This document shows positions 30,525 through 40,853 of a stretch of DNA of 64,000 nt, one piece after another. Location: contig OY970309.1 in assembly GCA_963716395.1 (NCBI GenBank), forward strand, positions 1,792,001 through 1,856,000, read 5' to 3'. Within the stretch, counting starts at the first letter, position 1; every line of letters starts with the position of its first letter. Below the pieces are notes generated by a model. The model searched no databases. It saw nothing but the letters and a program-made list of their open reading frames with translations, and was not told the DNA's origin. The DNA comes from an uncultured Fibrobacteria bacterium. Its GTDB lineage: Bacteria > Fibrobacterota > Fibrobacteria > UBA11236. Both the position numbers and the translations under genes were made by a program.

Positions 30525-31916
30525 ATGGATCGGAAGTACGTCATCGAAGGCGGCCGCTATCTCAAAGGCGAGATCGCCGTGCGCGGCGCCAAGAATGCGG
30601 TCACCAAGGAAATGGTGGCTGCCTTGCTCGCCGCGGGCAAATCCACCTTGCGCAATGTTCCCGACATCGGCGACGTCGACATCACGCGCCGGCTGCTCGC
30701 GGCCCTGGGATGCCGGGTCGAACACGAGCGTGAAGCCGGAATCTTATGCGTGCACGGCGAAACTTTGGATACTCCCGAAGTTCCGGCCGAGTACTCGGGA
30801 TTAAACCGCATTCCCATTCTGCTGGCCGGCGTGCTCTTGCACCGCTTCGGCCGCGCCGTCATACCCGTGATGGGCGGCTGCGAAATCGGCGCGCGTCCCA
30901 TCGACTTCCATCTGGCGGGATTGCAGGAACTGGGCGCCCGCGTCGAATACCGCGACGGGGCTTACCGCTTCGAAGCCAAGCGGCTGACCGGCAAACGCAT
31001 CGTGCTGCCTTATCCCAGCGTGGGCGCCACCGAGAACCTGCTCATGGCGGCCGTGCTGGCCCAGGGCACCACCGAAATCCGCAATGCGGCCATCGAGCCC
31101 GAGATCGCCGATTTGGCCTTGATGCTGCAGGCCATGGGCGCCATCATTTCCCAGGAAACCGATCGCGCCTGGGTGGTGCAGGGCGTTGACGCCTTGCGGC
31201 CCGTGGACCACCGCGTGATCAACGATCGCATCGAAGCCGCTTCGTTCGCGGCCTCGGCTGTGGCCACACGCGGCGACGTTTTCATCCGCGGCGCCGACCA
31301 ATTGCACCTGCTCACCTTTCTCAACTGGCTGCGCCGCGCCGGCGGGGAATTTGAGGTCAAGGCCGACGGCATCCGCTTTTACGGCCGCGGAAGTAAATTA
31401 CGGCCCATCGCCGTGGAAACCGGCGTGCATCCGGGGCTGATGACCGATTGGCAGCAGCCGCTCGTCATGCTGCTGACCCAGGCCGACGGCATGTCGGTGA
31501 TTCACGAAACCGTGTACGAAAACCGCTTCGGCTATGTCGAAGCGTTGAACCGCATGGGTGCGCGCATCCAGCTTTTTCAGGAATGCCTGGGCGGCAAGGA
31601 GTGCCGCTTTCGCCATCTTGGCCATCTACATTCGGCGGTGATTCTAGGGCCGACACCCCTGCGCGGCGCCGCCATCGAAATTCCGGATTTGCGCGCGGGT
31701 TTTTCCTATTTGGTGGCCGCGGCTTTGGCCCAAGGCCGCACCACGCTGTCGGGCATCCGCTACATCGAGCGCGGCTACGACCGGGTGGTGGAGAAATTCC
31801 GCGCTTTGGGATTGCCGATTGAAGTCGTAGAGCAAGAGACGCGCCGCACGGCGCCCGATCCGGCCGTTGCGGCGGGCGCGCGCAATCCCACGGACAATTC
31901 CTCGGGCTCTTCCTGA
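30525..31916 (+). CDS. murA: UDP-N-acetylglucosamine 1-carboxyvinyltransferase
   Basis: GAKNA, GGCEIGARPIDFH (catalytic Cys), PSVGATEN, DRIEAAS, ETVYENRF, DLRAG, IERGY. Confidence 0.96.
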   Translation: MDRKYVIEGGRYLKGEIAVRGAKNAVTKEMVAALLAAGKSTLRNVPDIGDVDITRRLLAALGCRVEHEREAGILCVHGETLDTPEVPAEYSGLNRIPILLAGVLLHRFGRAVIPVMGGCEIGARPIDFHLAGLQELGARVEYRDGAYRFEAKRLTGKRIVLPYPSVGATENLLMAAVLAQGTTEIRNAAIEPEIADLALMLQAMGAIISQETDRAWVVQGVDALRPVDHRVINDRIEAASFAASAVATRGDVFIRGADQLHLLTFLNWLRRAGGEFEVKADGIRFYGRGSKLRPIAVETGVHPGLMTDWQQPLVMLLTQADGMSVIHETVYENRFGYVEALNRMGARIQLFQECLGGKECRFRHLGHLHSAVILGPTPLRGAAIEIPDLRAGFSYLVAAALAQGRTTLSGIRYIERGYDRVVEKFRALGLPIEVVEQETRRTAPDPAVAAGARNPTDNSSGSS

Positions 31917-31925
31917 CCTTTCGCC

Positions 31926-32756
31926 GTGACGCGAACTTTCTGCTTACTGTCGAAAAAAGGCGGTGTCGGCAAAACCACCTTGGCGCTCAACTGCGCCCAT
32001 GCCCTGGCCTTTTCCGGATACCGGGTTTTGCTGGTGGATCTCGACGCCCAGTCCAATTTGACCCGGCACGTATTCGGCAAGGCCGAAACGCCCCGGCCCG
32101 CGGGACCCGATATTGCCCAGGTGCTGTTGCGCCGCTGTGAGGCCGAAGATGCGCGCTATGAATCCGGCGTCGCGGGCCTGCACCTTCTGGCCGGCAGCCC
32201 GGATCTCGACGATCTGCCCTTGTTCGATCCGCGGCTTTTGCGTGAACCGGTGCGGCTCAAAACTGCCTTGGCTCCGCTGCTGGGCGAATACGACCACGTG
32301 CTGGTCGATTGCCCACCGTCGCTGAATTGGCTGACGCGGCAGGCGCTGTTCGCAGTGCGCGAGGTGATTCTTCCCACCCAGCCCGAGGCCTACGCGCTGC
32401 AAGGCCTGGCCGAATTGGTGCCCTGGCTCGACAAGATGACGGCCTCGGCCCAGTTGTACCGCATCGTCATCAACCTGGTGCGCGCCCAGACACAGTTGCA
32501 TCAAAGCTTGATCGAACAAATCACGGCGGCGTATCCGGGACGGGTGGCGCACAGCCGCGTGCGGCTCACCATCGATTTGGCCGAAGCCGCCCGTGCGGGA
32601 GTAAGCGTGTTCGAATCGGCGCCGGCTTCGGCGGCCGCCCTGGATTTGTACGCCTTGTGTTTCGAACTGTTCGGGTTGTCGGGCGAAGGGGTGCGCGCGA
32701 AAATTCGCGCCCGGGAAAACGCCGTCGCCCTCACGTCGGGGCCCGTCGGCATGTGA
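31926..32756 (+). CDS. ParA/Soj family ATPase
   Basis: KKGGVGKTT, DLDAQSNLT, DCPPSL. No adjacent parB. Confidence 0.9.
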   Translation: MTRTFCLLSKKGGVGKTTLALNCAHALAFSGYRVLLVDLDAQSNLTRHVFGKAETPRPAGPDIAQVLLRRCEAEDARYESGVAGLHLLAGSPDLDDLPLFDPRLLREPVRLKTALAPLLGEYDHVLVDCPPSLNWLTRQALFAVREVILPTQPEAYALQGLAELVPWLDKMTASAQLYRIVINLVRAQTQLHQSLIEQITAAYPGRVAHSRVRLTIDLAEAARAGVSVFESAPASAAALDLYALCFELFGLSGEGVRAKIRARENAVALTSGPVGM

Positions 32757-32812
32757 GATTTCCTCGGATGCGGGACCGCGCGCAACTTCTATGTTTGCCG
32801 GCGGAGGCGACT

Positions 32813-33988
32813 ATGGCCATGAATTCGGTGCCGGCCTTCGGGGCCGTTCTGTTGGGGCTTTTGGGGTGCGTCTGCGCCCAAAGCATTCCCCGCGATCAAA
32901 TCGATTATGACCTGGACCAGGGCGAGGTGCAAAAAGCTGAAACGCTGCTGCGCGCAAGCCTTGCCCATCCGGAAAACCTGAGCGATCAGGACAGCGTCTA
33001 CCTCTTGAAAAATCTGGGTGTGCTGGAGGCGTCGAATCCGAAAACCCAGAAAAATGCCGACAAACTGTTTTACCGCCTGTTGGAATTGGATCCGTTCGCA
33101 TCCTTGTACGACACCTATGCCAGCAACCCGATTCTCGGGCGCTTTCAGAAAATCCGCCGCGACTTCCAACAGGAAAAAGGCGGCAAGGCGCTGATTCCGC
33201 CCGTGGTGGTGTTCGATTTCGAGGGCACGGGTTTTTCACCCGAGGATTTGGCCAGCCTCACCAACCAATTCGTCGGGGAAATGCAGAAGCTGCTGATCTT
33301 CCATACTCTGGATCGGCCCATGGTCGTGGAAACTTTGCGGCGTCTGCACAAGCAACCCGCCGACTGCGCCGATCGCGCCTGCCGCATCGACATCGCGCGT
33401 CGCCTGCTGGCGGAATACCTGGTGCTGCCCCAAATCAGCCGCATCGATTCGGTATACACGTTTCAATTGGAATTGGTTTCGGTGGCCACGGGTGAAAACA
33501 GCACCGTGCTGCGCAAGGTGTATACGGGTCCTCTGGCTCAGGTGCTGGCCAAGGGGTTGCCCGATCTGGCGAACGCGCTGCAAGATGCGGAGGCCGCGTG
33601 GCTGAATCTGAGTGTGCAGCCCAGCAACACCCAGTTGACGCTGGACGGAACGCCTTTGGCCGCATCCGACTCGCGTCTGCCCGTGAATCCCGGCAAACAC
33701 CGGGTATGCGGCAGCAGCCCGGGATACACCACCTTGTGCCGCGACTTCGAAGTGCGCAAGGCCGACGCGGTAACCTATTCGCTCGCGTTGCAGCCATCGG
33801 GCGGGAAAGTTCCGGAGCAACCGGCGACGGGAAAGGTGCGGGAGAACTGGGATGACAATCCGCAAGTACTCGCCCCCGAAGACGCCGACGGCCATTCCAA
33901 GGGACCCTCCACCAAAACCGTGGTTTGGATTGTGGCGGGCATGGCCGTAGCCGTGGGCGGATTGGCCTTGCTTCTCAGCGTTAAATAA
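32813..33988 (+). CDS. secreted protein with helical N-terminus, CsgG-like and PEGA domains
   Basis: Signal peptide, C...C..DIARRL, LSVQPSNTQLTLDG...PGKHRV..S.PGY, C-terminal hydrophobic segment. RBS GGAGG. Confidence 0.7.
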   Translation: MAMNSVPAFGAVLLGLLGCVCAQSIPRDQIDYDLDQGEVQKAETLLRASLAHPENLSDQDSVYLLKNLGVLEASNPKTQKNADKLFYRLLELDPFASLYDTYASNPILGRFQKIRRDFQQEKGGKALIPPVVVFDFEGTGFSPEDLASLTNQFVGEMQKLLIFHTLDRPMVVETLRRLHKQPADCADRACRIDIARRLLAEYLVLPQISRIDSVYTFQLELVSVATGENSTVLRKVYTGPLAQVLAKGLPDLANALQDAEAAWLNLSVQPSNTQLTLDGTPLAASDSRLPVNPGKHRVCGSSPGYTTLCRDFEVRKADAVTYSLALQPSGGKVPEQPATGKVRENWDDNPQVLAPEDADGHSKGPSTKTVVWIVAGMAVAVGGLALLLSVK

Positions 33989-34006
33989 AATCCGAAGTTT
34001 GAATGC

Positions 34007-34041
34007 AAAAGGCGCCGGCAGAAATTCCTGCAGCGCCGTTT
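34007..34041. terminator. probable bidirectional terminator
   Basis: aaaa-ggcgc.gcag...ctgcagcgcc-gttt between convergent genes. Confidence 0.5.
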
Positions 34042-34058
34042 CAGGTCAGGGCGGCCTG

Positions 34059-34622
34059 TCAGGGCAGGGAATCGGCGTTCGTCGGAGGCAACGGCGCGGC
34101 GGAATCGGCCGGCAATGAGGAAGGCGCCGCCTGGGACGAGGAGTCCAACGGGCTGGGCATGGCCGGTGACGAGGATTCCAAGGAGTTCGGGGCTTGCGGC
34201 GAGGTATCCAACGGGTTGGGCATGGCCTGGGTGGAATCGAGGGTCATACCCTTGCCCCCCAGGTAGCGTGAACCCGCCTCTTCACGGGCAATGATGTCGT
34301 AAATGCCCGCCAGATAGCCGCCCTCCACACGCACCCCCGGGGTGCGAATCAGCCGCTGCAAAGAGAGCGCGGTCATCGCCCGTTGTTTGTCTTCGGGAAC
34401 ATGCCCCTGGGCGTCGAGAATTTTGGCCCGATCTTCCGGCACCAGGTATTGCACGGCGCGCTCGAAGTTGCGCCGGGAAACGGATTCTCCGAAGCCGGTC
34501 AGTAAATCCAGAATGTCATTCGATCCCTTGACCTGTAAAGCGGCGGCATCGTTTTTGTCTTTGTTGGAGGCGCATCCCCATAGCAGAAGTACCGTGGTTA
34601 TGAGGGTGGCGCGAAGTTTCAT
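34059..34622 (-). CDS. hypothetical lipoprotein with Pro/Ser-rich repeat tail
   Basis: MKLRATLITTVLLLWGC lipobox. Repeats AMPNPLDTS/APNSLESS/AMPSPLDSS. Confidence 0.75.
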   Translation of the reverse strand: MKLRATLITTVLLLWGCASNKDKNDAAALQVKGSNDILDLLTGFGESVSRRNFERAVQYLVPEDRAKILDAQGHVPEDKQRAMTALSLQRLIRTPGVRVEGGYLAGIYDIIAREEAGSRYLGGKGMTLDSTQAMPNPLDTSPQAPNSLESSSPAMPSPLDSSSQAAPSSLPADSAAPLPPTNADSLP

Positions 34623-34993
34623 TTCGCCCTCCAGGTCCGGCATCCCGTTCCCAGGAAACGGAATACGAGCGTGTTTATTCGACTCGAAAATTTTTGATCC
34701 ATGTTTAGTCGTCCTCGTCGAACCATGCGAATCCCGTTAAAACTAAATAACCTGGACAGGGTCGCTCAACCACCGTAAAAATAGGTGCATCAACGGCGGT
34801 ATTTTTCCCGGTCCGTGGCGGACTTTACGAATGCACCGGCCCAGGGCAGCGCCGGTTTTTCAATAGCCCTTGTTTCCGGGAATCCGATGCTCTTGGGAAG
34901 CGGGCAAAAAAGCCTGCAAATCCGGGATCCCATCCCGGGTCGGTTCGTCTATTTTTTTCTTGCGTCCGCGTCCGGGCGTAAACGCCCGCCGCC

Positions 34994-36202
34994 ATGGAAA
35001 CCAGCGAAGCCTACTCTTTAAGCCGTCGGGATTGCGAAGTTTTGCGCATTGTGGCCAGCGTTCTGGTCGTGGTCGTGCATTGCGTGCATGTAGGGGTGGA
35101 GCAATACTATGTCACCCGCAATTACTGGTCGGCCGGTTTTCTGGCCACCTGCCTGGATCAATTCACCCGCTTCACCGTGCCGCTCTTTTTTTTCCTTTCG
35201 GGATTCGGCTTGGTGCGCCAATACGCACAAAGGCCATGCAAGCTCGGGGATTATTACCGCCATCGGCTCCCGAAAATTTTCCTTCCCTTTCTGTTGTGGT
35301 CGGCACTGACCAGCGGCCGGCACGTCGAAGTCATCGCCGCTTTTCCCTGGCATGCGGCTCCCTTTGCCGCCGCCTTGGGATTTCTCAAATTTCTTTTTCT
35401 CGACGGCTTCGACTACCAGTATTACTTCCTCATCGCCTTGTTCCAGTTTTATCTCGTGTTTCCGATTCTGTACCGCTGGGCCCGGTCGCCGTGGGCGCTG
35501 GGCGCCTGTCTGTTGCTGCACCTGGGACTGCTATCCCCCATCGAAACCTACCTGGAATTGCTGGGATGGCATTTGCCGCCGCTGCACTCCCACCTGGTGA
35601 TCTTTTATCTCTTCTATTGCCTGGCGGGCATGCACGCCGCCTGGAATCCGCGGCTGTTGGCGAACATTCTCGATCGCTGGACGCGTCCGGGCGTGGCTTG
35701 GTTTTGGGTGGGCACGCTATGCCTGCTGATGCTTGAGTATTGCGCCAACCTATACAGCGGCAAACGCCTCTGCGACACCGATCATTTCAACCGCTGGTCG
35801 GTGGTGCTCTACTGCCTTGCCAGCATGATGCTTTTTCTGAAGAACAAGGATTGGGTGTTGCGCCGCATCCATCGCAATCCCCATTGGGCCTTTCTTTTTT
35901 CCGGAGTGGCGCCCTATACCTTTTTCGTTTATCTGGCCCATACCCATTTGCTGCGGCTGGCCGACGCGGTGTCAACCGACTCCACGGTGGTGAACCTGGT
36001 CGGCCGCACCGTGCTGGTCGTGGCCGGAAGTTACGGCCTGGCCTGGGCGGTGCAATGGTTGCTACAAGACGCTCCCTGGCTGCGCTTCGCCCTGGGAATG
36101 CCCAAGGCCCCGTTGGAAAAACGCGACTTGCCCGGTTATTCGTGGTGGAAGTCCCGGCGCTTTGCCGCCTTGGCTACCGAAGGCTCGGCAACCGCCGAGT
36201 GA
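34994..36202 (+). CDS. acyltransferase family 3 membrane protein
   Basis: LRIVASVLVVVVH, RFTVPLFFFLSGF, QYYFL, FFVYLAH. About 10 TM segments. Confidence 0.88.
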   Translation: METSEAYSLSRRDCEVLRIVASVLVVVVHCVHVGVEQYYVTRNYWSAGFLATCLDQFTRFTVPLFFFLSGFGLVRQYAQRPCKLGDYYRHRLPKIFLPFLLWSALTSGRHVEVIAAFPWHAAPFAAALGFLKFLFLDGFDYQYYFLIALFQFYLVFPILYRWARSPWALGACLLLHLGLLSPIETYLELLGWHLPPLHSHLVIFYLFYCLAGMHAAWNPRLLANILDRWTRPGVAWFWVGTLCLLMLEYCANLYSGKRLCDTDHFNRWSVVLYCLASMMLFLKNKDWVLRRIHRNPHWAFLFSGVAPYTFFVYLAHTHLLRLADAVSTDSTVVNLVGRTVLVVAGSYGLAWAVQWLLQDAPWLRFALGMPKAPLEKRDLPGYSWWKSRRFAALATEGSATAE

Positions 36203-36205
36203 ATT

Positions 36206-36586
36206 CTATTCGGATTTGGCCAGCAGGGTACGTACCTGCCGCCACAATACGTTCAGGCGAAAAGGTTTTTGCAAAAAAACGGCGCCGGGCAAATCCAGAC
36301 CGCGTTGCAGCGACGCATTGTTCTCGCCTGCGTAGCCCGACATGAAAATCACCTTGAGCTGGGGATGGGAGCGGCGCAACACGTCCACCAATTCGGGGCC
36401 AGTCATATGCGGCATCATGATGTCGGTGAGCACGAGATCAAAGGGATGGGATTGCCGGGCCCAGTCCAAAGCCTCGCCGCCTCCGGCCGCGCATTGCACG
36501 GCATATCCCTGCGCCTGCAACCCGTCGCGCAGCAGGTTGCGCAACACGTCTTCGTCTTCGACCAAGAGAATGGTGGCGGGGGTCAT
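36206..36586 (-). CDS. single-domain response regulator
   Basis: ILLVEDE, DLVLTDIMMP, FMSGY, FLQKPF. Confidence 0.92.
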   Translation of the reverse strand: MTPATILLVEDEDVLRNLLRDGLQAQGYAVQCAAGGGEALDWARQSHPFDLVLTDIMMPHMTGPELVDVLRRSHPQLKVIFMSGYAGENNASLQRGLDLPGAVFLQKPFRLNVLWRQVRTLLAKSE

Positions 36587-36734
36587 AAAATTGGCGCCTC
36601 CAATCTACCAATCGACGCAGATCGGGGTGTCGGTTTCCGCCTTGAAAACACGCCCTCCCGCGCGGGTTCCGGCGGAATAACCGCTGGATTGGGCCGATGG
36701 ATTTGGCCGCGGGTTTGAACTACCTTCATTGCGC

Positions 36735-37523
36735 ATGCCGAACGCCTCCGTATTACGCATGTGTTCCTGGAATGTGAACGGGTTGCGGGCCGCCCTGAAA
36801 AAGGGATTTCTCGACTTTGTCGAACAGCACCGTTTCGACGTACTGGGCGTGCAGGAAACCAAGGCCGAAGCCTCCCAGGTCGAAGAGGGGCTGCGCGCGC
36901 TCACCGGCTATCATCGCGTTTTTTCCTCGGCCGAACGCAAGGGCTACTCCGGCGTGGCCTTGTTCAGTCGCGAGCAACCCGCCGCGGTGACTTTGACCTT
37001 GGGGCGCAAAGATCTCGACGGCGAAGGCCGTGTGATTCAGGCCGACTTCGGCGACTTCATTCTGTTCAACGTGTATTTCCCCAACGGCAAATCGGGTCCC
37101 GAACGCCTGCGCTATAAAATGGAGTTTTACGACCGCTTTCTCGCAGTGTGCGCCGATCTCCTGCGCCGCGGCCGCGCCGTCATCGTCTGCGGTGACGTCA
37201 ACACGGCGCATCAGCCCATCGATCTGGCCCGGCCCAAAGAAAACGAAACCGTTTCGGGGTTTCTGCCCGAAGAACGCGCGTGGATCGACCGGTTTTTGGC
37301 CGCCGGATTTTTCGACGTGTTCCGCGAACGCCATCCCGAACCCGGGTGCTATTCGTGGTGGGACATGAAGTCGGGCGCCCGGGCGCGCAACGTGGGCTGG
37401 CGCATCGATTATTTCTTTGTCAGCGGGGCCTTGCGCGATCGGGTTGCCGACGCCTATCTCTTGCCGCAGGTCCTGGGATCGGATCATTGTCCCGTGGGGC
37501 TGGATTTGCAGCGCGCGGCCTGA
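36735..37523 (+). CDS. xth: exodeoxyribonuclease III
   Basis: SWNVNGLRA, QETK, GYSGV, GDVNTAH, GWRIDYF, GSDHCP. Confidence 0.95.
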   Translation: MPNASVLRMCSWNVNGLRAALKKGFLDFVEQHRFDVLGVQETKAEASQVEEGLRALTGYHRVFSSAERKGYSGVALFSREQPAAVTLTLGRKDLDGEGRVIQADFGDFILFNVYFPNGKSGPERLRYKMEFYDRFLAVCADLLRRGRAVIVCGDVNTAHQPIDLARPKENETVSGFLPEERAWIDRFLAAGFFDVFRERHPEPGCYSWWDMKSGARARNVGWRIDYFFVSGALRDRVADAYLLPQVLGSDHCPVGLDLQRAA

Positions 37524-37587
37524 TCGCGTTGCCTGGTTTATATTCGTTGTAACGCGTAAATTACGGATTCAAAAATAAGGGGGCGTC

Positions 37588-38235
37588 ATGCGCAGTCAAA
37601 AACCCGGTGTTTTCTGGGCGGGAATGTGTTTGTGGTTATGGGCTGCGGCCGCGGCCACCGAATACCAAATCGATCCCGCGCACAGCCAGGTGTTGTTCAA
37701 AGCGCGGCACATGGGCATCAACACCGTGACCGGCCGGTTCGATTCGCTATCCGGCAGCTTCGACGTCGATCCCAAGAACATCGCGGCCACCAAGGGCAGC
37801 GCCGTGATTCAAACCGCCAGCGTCAATACCGACAATGCGCGCCGCGATCATCATTTGCGCAGCGACGATTTTTTCAACGCCGAAAAGTATCCCCAAATCA
37901 AATTCGTCTCCAAAGCGGTGCGCAACATCAATGTGGCCGACTCGACCTGCGACCTAATCGGCGATCTGACCATCCGCGACGTCACCAAAGAAATTGTGCT
38001 CAAGGTCAAGGGCGGCGGCGTCATCAATGACGGCCACAACGAACGCGCCGCCTTCACCGCCACCGGATCGCTGAACCGCTTCGACTACGGCCTCAAATGG
38101 AACAAGCTGCTGGAAGCCGGCGGTTTCGTGGTGGGTCCCACGATTCAGTTGGAATTGGCTTTCGAAGGCGTACATCCCTTGGCGTCCTCGTCCGCTCCCG
38201 ATCCCCAGCCGGGCAAACCGGCCCGAGATAAGTAG
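37588..38235 (+). CDS. YceI family protein
   Basis: YQIDPAHS, RDHHLRSDDFF, GDLTIRDVTK, RFDYGL. Confidence 0.93.
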   Translation: MRSQKPGVFWAGMCLWLWAAAAATEYQIDPAHSQVLFKARHMGINTVTGRFDSLSGSFDVDPKNIAATKGSAVIQTASVNTDNARRDHHLRSDDFFNAEKYPQIKFVSKAVRNINVADSTCDLIGDLTIRDVTKEIVLKVKGGGVINDGHNERAAFTATGSLNRFDYGLKWNKLLEAGGFVVGPTIQLELAFEGVHPLASSSAPDPQPGKPARDK

Positions 38236-38286
38236 GCGGTTTCGGTCAGGCGACCGCGGAGGGAGGGGAGTTCTACCTTTGCGATC

Positions 38287-39297
38287 ATGCCGGTCTTGAC
38301 CAACGACCAATGCGAGCGCATCGAGAAATACGCCGAAGTCTTCACGGGGTTGGTGAAAAAAGATCTCGTGCTCAAATTGCAGGACCAAATCGGGTACAAA
38401 ATGCCGAGCGAAGTCGACGCGGTGCTCTCCCCGCTGGCCGCGCTCATCGCCTGGTTGAAGAAGCGGAACTCCGGGGGCAAGATCCGCGAAGAGCATGAAG
38501 TGCCGGAAGAATTCACCCCCTTGATCCGCCGCCTGATTCTGCACCAGCGGCGCAGCACGGCTTCGAAGCTCGAAGAGCCGCTGTCGAAAACCTTTCACCC
38601 CGAACTCATCGCCAACCTCGAACGCGAACTGGAACCGGTGCAGGTGCTGATGCAAACCCCCTGGTTTCAGGCCGGACCGGCGCTGCGCGTGCCCCACCTC
38701 ACCGAATTTCTCGCCGTCAAATTCGTCGAAGAGATGTCCAAGCCCGTGCACGGCCTGGAGAAGCGCGAATACGACGAGAAGTTCCACATCTTGCAGACGC
38801 CCTCTTTATTCCTGAAAGACCTGCGTTATTACCGCGAGCAGTGCGAGCTGCGGTTCAACGGCCTCATGGTGGCGTATCTCGACGTCGACAACTTCAAGGC
38901 CTTCAACACGCGCTATGGCGAAACCAAGATCGATCGCGACTTGCTCCCGCGCTTTATGGAGCTGATGGAATCGCATGTGTATACCCACGGGTTCGCCTAC
39001 CGCTATGGCGGCGACGAATACGTGCTCTTGCTCCCCAATCTGAGCCTGCGCATGGGCATCGGTTTCATCCAGGAATTCCAGCACAAGCTGGCCATGATTT
39101 CCTATCGCGGCATCGAAGAAAGAGCCACGGTTTCCATCGGCGCGCTGTTTGTGCCCGCCGATTGTTTTCTCACCGAGCATGAAATCGAAGACCGGGCCAA
39201 CCGCGCCAAGAATTTCGCCAAGAAAAACGGCAAGAACTGCATCGCCACCTACCGGGGAACGTTTTACGAAGACAAGGAATTGCAGGTCGTGAAATGA
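38287..39297 (+). CDS. GGDEF domain protein with unrecognised helical N-terminus
   Basis: YLDVDNFKAFNTRYG, RYGGDEY, TVSIG, AKKNGKN. Confidence 0.88.
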   Translation: MPVLTNDQCERIEKYAEVFTGLVKKDLVLKLQDQIGYKMPSEVDAVLSPLAALIAWLKKRNSGGKIREEHEVPEEFTPLIRRLILHQRRSTASKLEEPLSKTFHPELIANLERELEPVQVLMQTPWFQAGPALRVPHLTEFLAVKFVEEMSKPVHGLEKREYDEKFHILQTPSLFLKDLRYYREQCELRFNGLMVAYLDVDNFKAFNTRYGETKIDRDLLPRFMELMESHVYTHGFAYRYGGDEYVLLLPNLSLRMGIGFIQEFQHKLAMISYRGIEERATVSIGALFVPADCFLTEHEIEDRANRAKNFAKKNGKNCIATYRGTFYEDKELQVVK

Positions 39298-39325
39298 AGG
39301 GTATCTCTAATTCAGCGGTACCCTA
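39298..39325. repeat. collapsed remnant of the MITE-like element, copy C
   Basis: AGGGTATCTCTAA-ttcagc-GGTACCCTA immediately after the GGDEF stop. Confidence 0.55.
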
Positions 39326-39339
39326 TAAAAAGGAGCACC

Positions 39340-39825
39340 ATGTTTACCCTTGAAGACTTCATCGCCGCCTACCGCAAAGAGAGCGCGCTGTGCCTGCGGC
39401 TGTTCGAAAAAATTCCCGACGGGGGGCTGGATTATCGGCCCACGCCGGGCCAGCGATCCACTTTGGAATTGCTGCGGTATGTGAGTTACGGGCCGCACAA
39501 TGTGGTACGCCGCATTCTGGCCGGCGACTGGACCTTGGGCCGCGAGCTCGCCGAAGCAGCGAAAAGCATGCCGGCTTCGGATTTTCCCCGCGTCTTGCAG
39601 GCGCAAACCGACGACGTGGCCCTGAGGCTTCACGGCACCGATCCCGGCCGGCTGGCCGCAGAAACATTCACCTTTCCCTGGGGCGAGATCCTGACCAAGG
39701 GAGCGGCACTGGTGAGCCATCCCCTCAAATGGATGACCGGTTATAAAATGCAACTCTTCCTGTATCTCAAAGCTGCAGGTGCCTCCGAGCTGGGCACGCC
39801 CTATTTGTGGCATCTTCCGAAATAA
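39340..39825 (+). CDS. DinB-like family protein
   Basis: IPDGGLDYRPTPGQRSTLELLRY...YKMQLFLYLK pattern. AAGGAG RBS. Confidence 0.7.
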   Translation: MFTLEDFIAAYRKESALCLRLFEKIPDGGLDYRPTPGQRSTLELLRYVSYGPHNVVRRILAGDWTLGRELAEAAKSMPASDFPRVLQAQTDDVALRLHGTDPGRLAAETFTFPWGEILTKGAALVSHPLKWMTGYKMQLFLYLKAAGASELGTPYLWHLPK

Positions 39826-39830
39826 GCGCC

Positions 39831-40838
39831 ATGGCGGAAGGTTCGGCCCTGGTATTGCGTTCGGTCGGGCAACCGCCGACGCTGGAACCCATCGAGACGC
39901 CCGCACCGCGATCCGGCGAGGCGCTGGTTCGGCTCGAATTCGCGGGCCTCAACCACCGCGATCTCTTTCTGTGCCAAGGGCGTTATGCCGGCATCGAACT
40001 GCCCTGTGTGCTCGGGTCCGACGGCTACGGCCGGGTAGAGGCGGTGGGTTCCGGCGTCGATGCGGCCTGGGTCGGCCGCCCGGCGGTGATCTACCCGGTG
40101 TGGGAATGGGGCGAAGATGACGCTGCGCCCGGGCCGCGCTTCCGCATTTTGGGAATGCCCGATCCCGGCACCTTCGCCCGTTACATCTGTGTTCCCGTCA
40201 CCATGCTGTTTCCCGCCCCCGCAGGCTATGCGCCCGAAGAAGCGGCGATACTGCCGCTGGGCGGCCTCACCGCCCACCGCGCTCTGTTCCGCCGGGGCGG
40301 ATTGCGCGCCGGCGAGAAAGTGCTCGTTACCGGCGTCGGCGGCGGCGTGGCCCAGTTACTGCTTCGCTTCGCCGTCGCGGCGGGCGCCGAAGTCTGGGTG
40401 ACGGCGGGCACTCCGGTCAAGCTTGCCGGCGCCCTGGAACTCGGCGCACAAGGCGGTGTGTTGTATGCGAACCCGGCTTGGCCCCAAGAACTCCTGGCCG
40501 CGGCCGGTCCTTTCGATCTGTGCGTCGACAGCGCCGCCGGGCCGGTTTGGGCCGGGCTATGCGACGTGCTCAAGCCCGCCGGCCGGCTGGTTTTTTTTGG
40601 AGTTACCTTGGGGTTACCTTCGGATTTGCCTCTGCGCAAGGCTTTTTTCAAGCAGCTTTCCTTTTTGGGCACGACCATGGGTTCGCCGCGCGATTTCGCG
40701 GCTATGCTGGCTTTTGTTTTGGCCCATGGCATCAAACCCGCCCTCGACTCGGTGTGGCCGCTGGAAAAATTCGGCGAAGCTTTGGCGCGGCTGGATCAGG
40801 GTCTGCAAACCGGGAAAGTCGCCCTCCGCATTCCCTGA
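39831..40838 (+). CDS. medium-chain dehydrogenase / NADPH:quinone oxidoreductase family
   Basis: LNHRD, GSDG.G, LTAHRAL, TGVGGGVA, GTTMGS, GKV. Confidence 0.9.
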   Translation: MAEGSALVLRSVGQPPTLEPIETPAPRSGEALVRLEFAGLNHRDLFLCQGRYAGIELPCVLGSDGYGRVEAVGSGVDAAWVGRPAVIYPVWEWGEDDAAPGPRFRILGMPDPGTFARYICVPVTMLFPAPAGYAPEEAAILPLGGLTAHRALFRRGGLRAGEKVLVTGVGGGVAQLLLRFAVAAGAEVWVTAGTPVKLAGALELGAQGGVLYANPAWPQELLAAAGPFDLCVDSAAGPVWAGLCDVLKPAGRLVFFGVTLGLPSDLPLRKAFFKQLSFLGTTMGSPRDFAAMLAFVLAHGIKPALDSVWPLEKFGEALARLDQGLQTGKVALRIP

Positions 40839-40853
40839 GGCGCCCGGAGTATT

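Noticed and set aside
31926-32756. ParA as displaced FlhG
   Set aside because: Motifs (DAQSN, DCPP) are Soj/ParA-like, and no MinD/FlhG-type features are evident.
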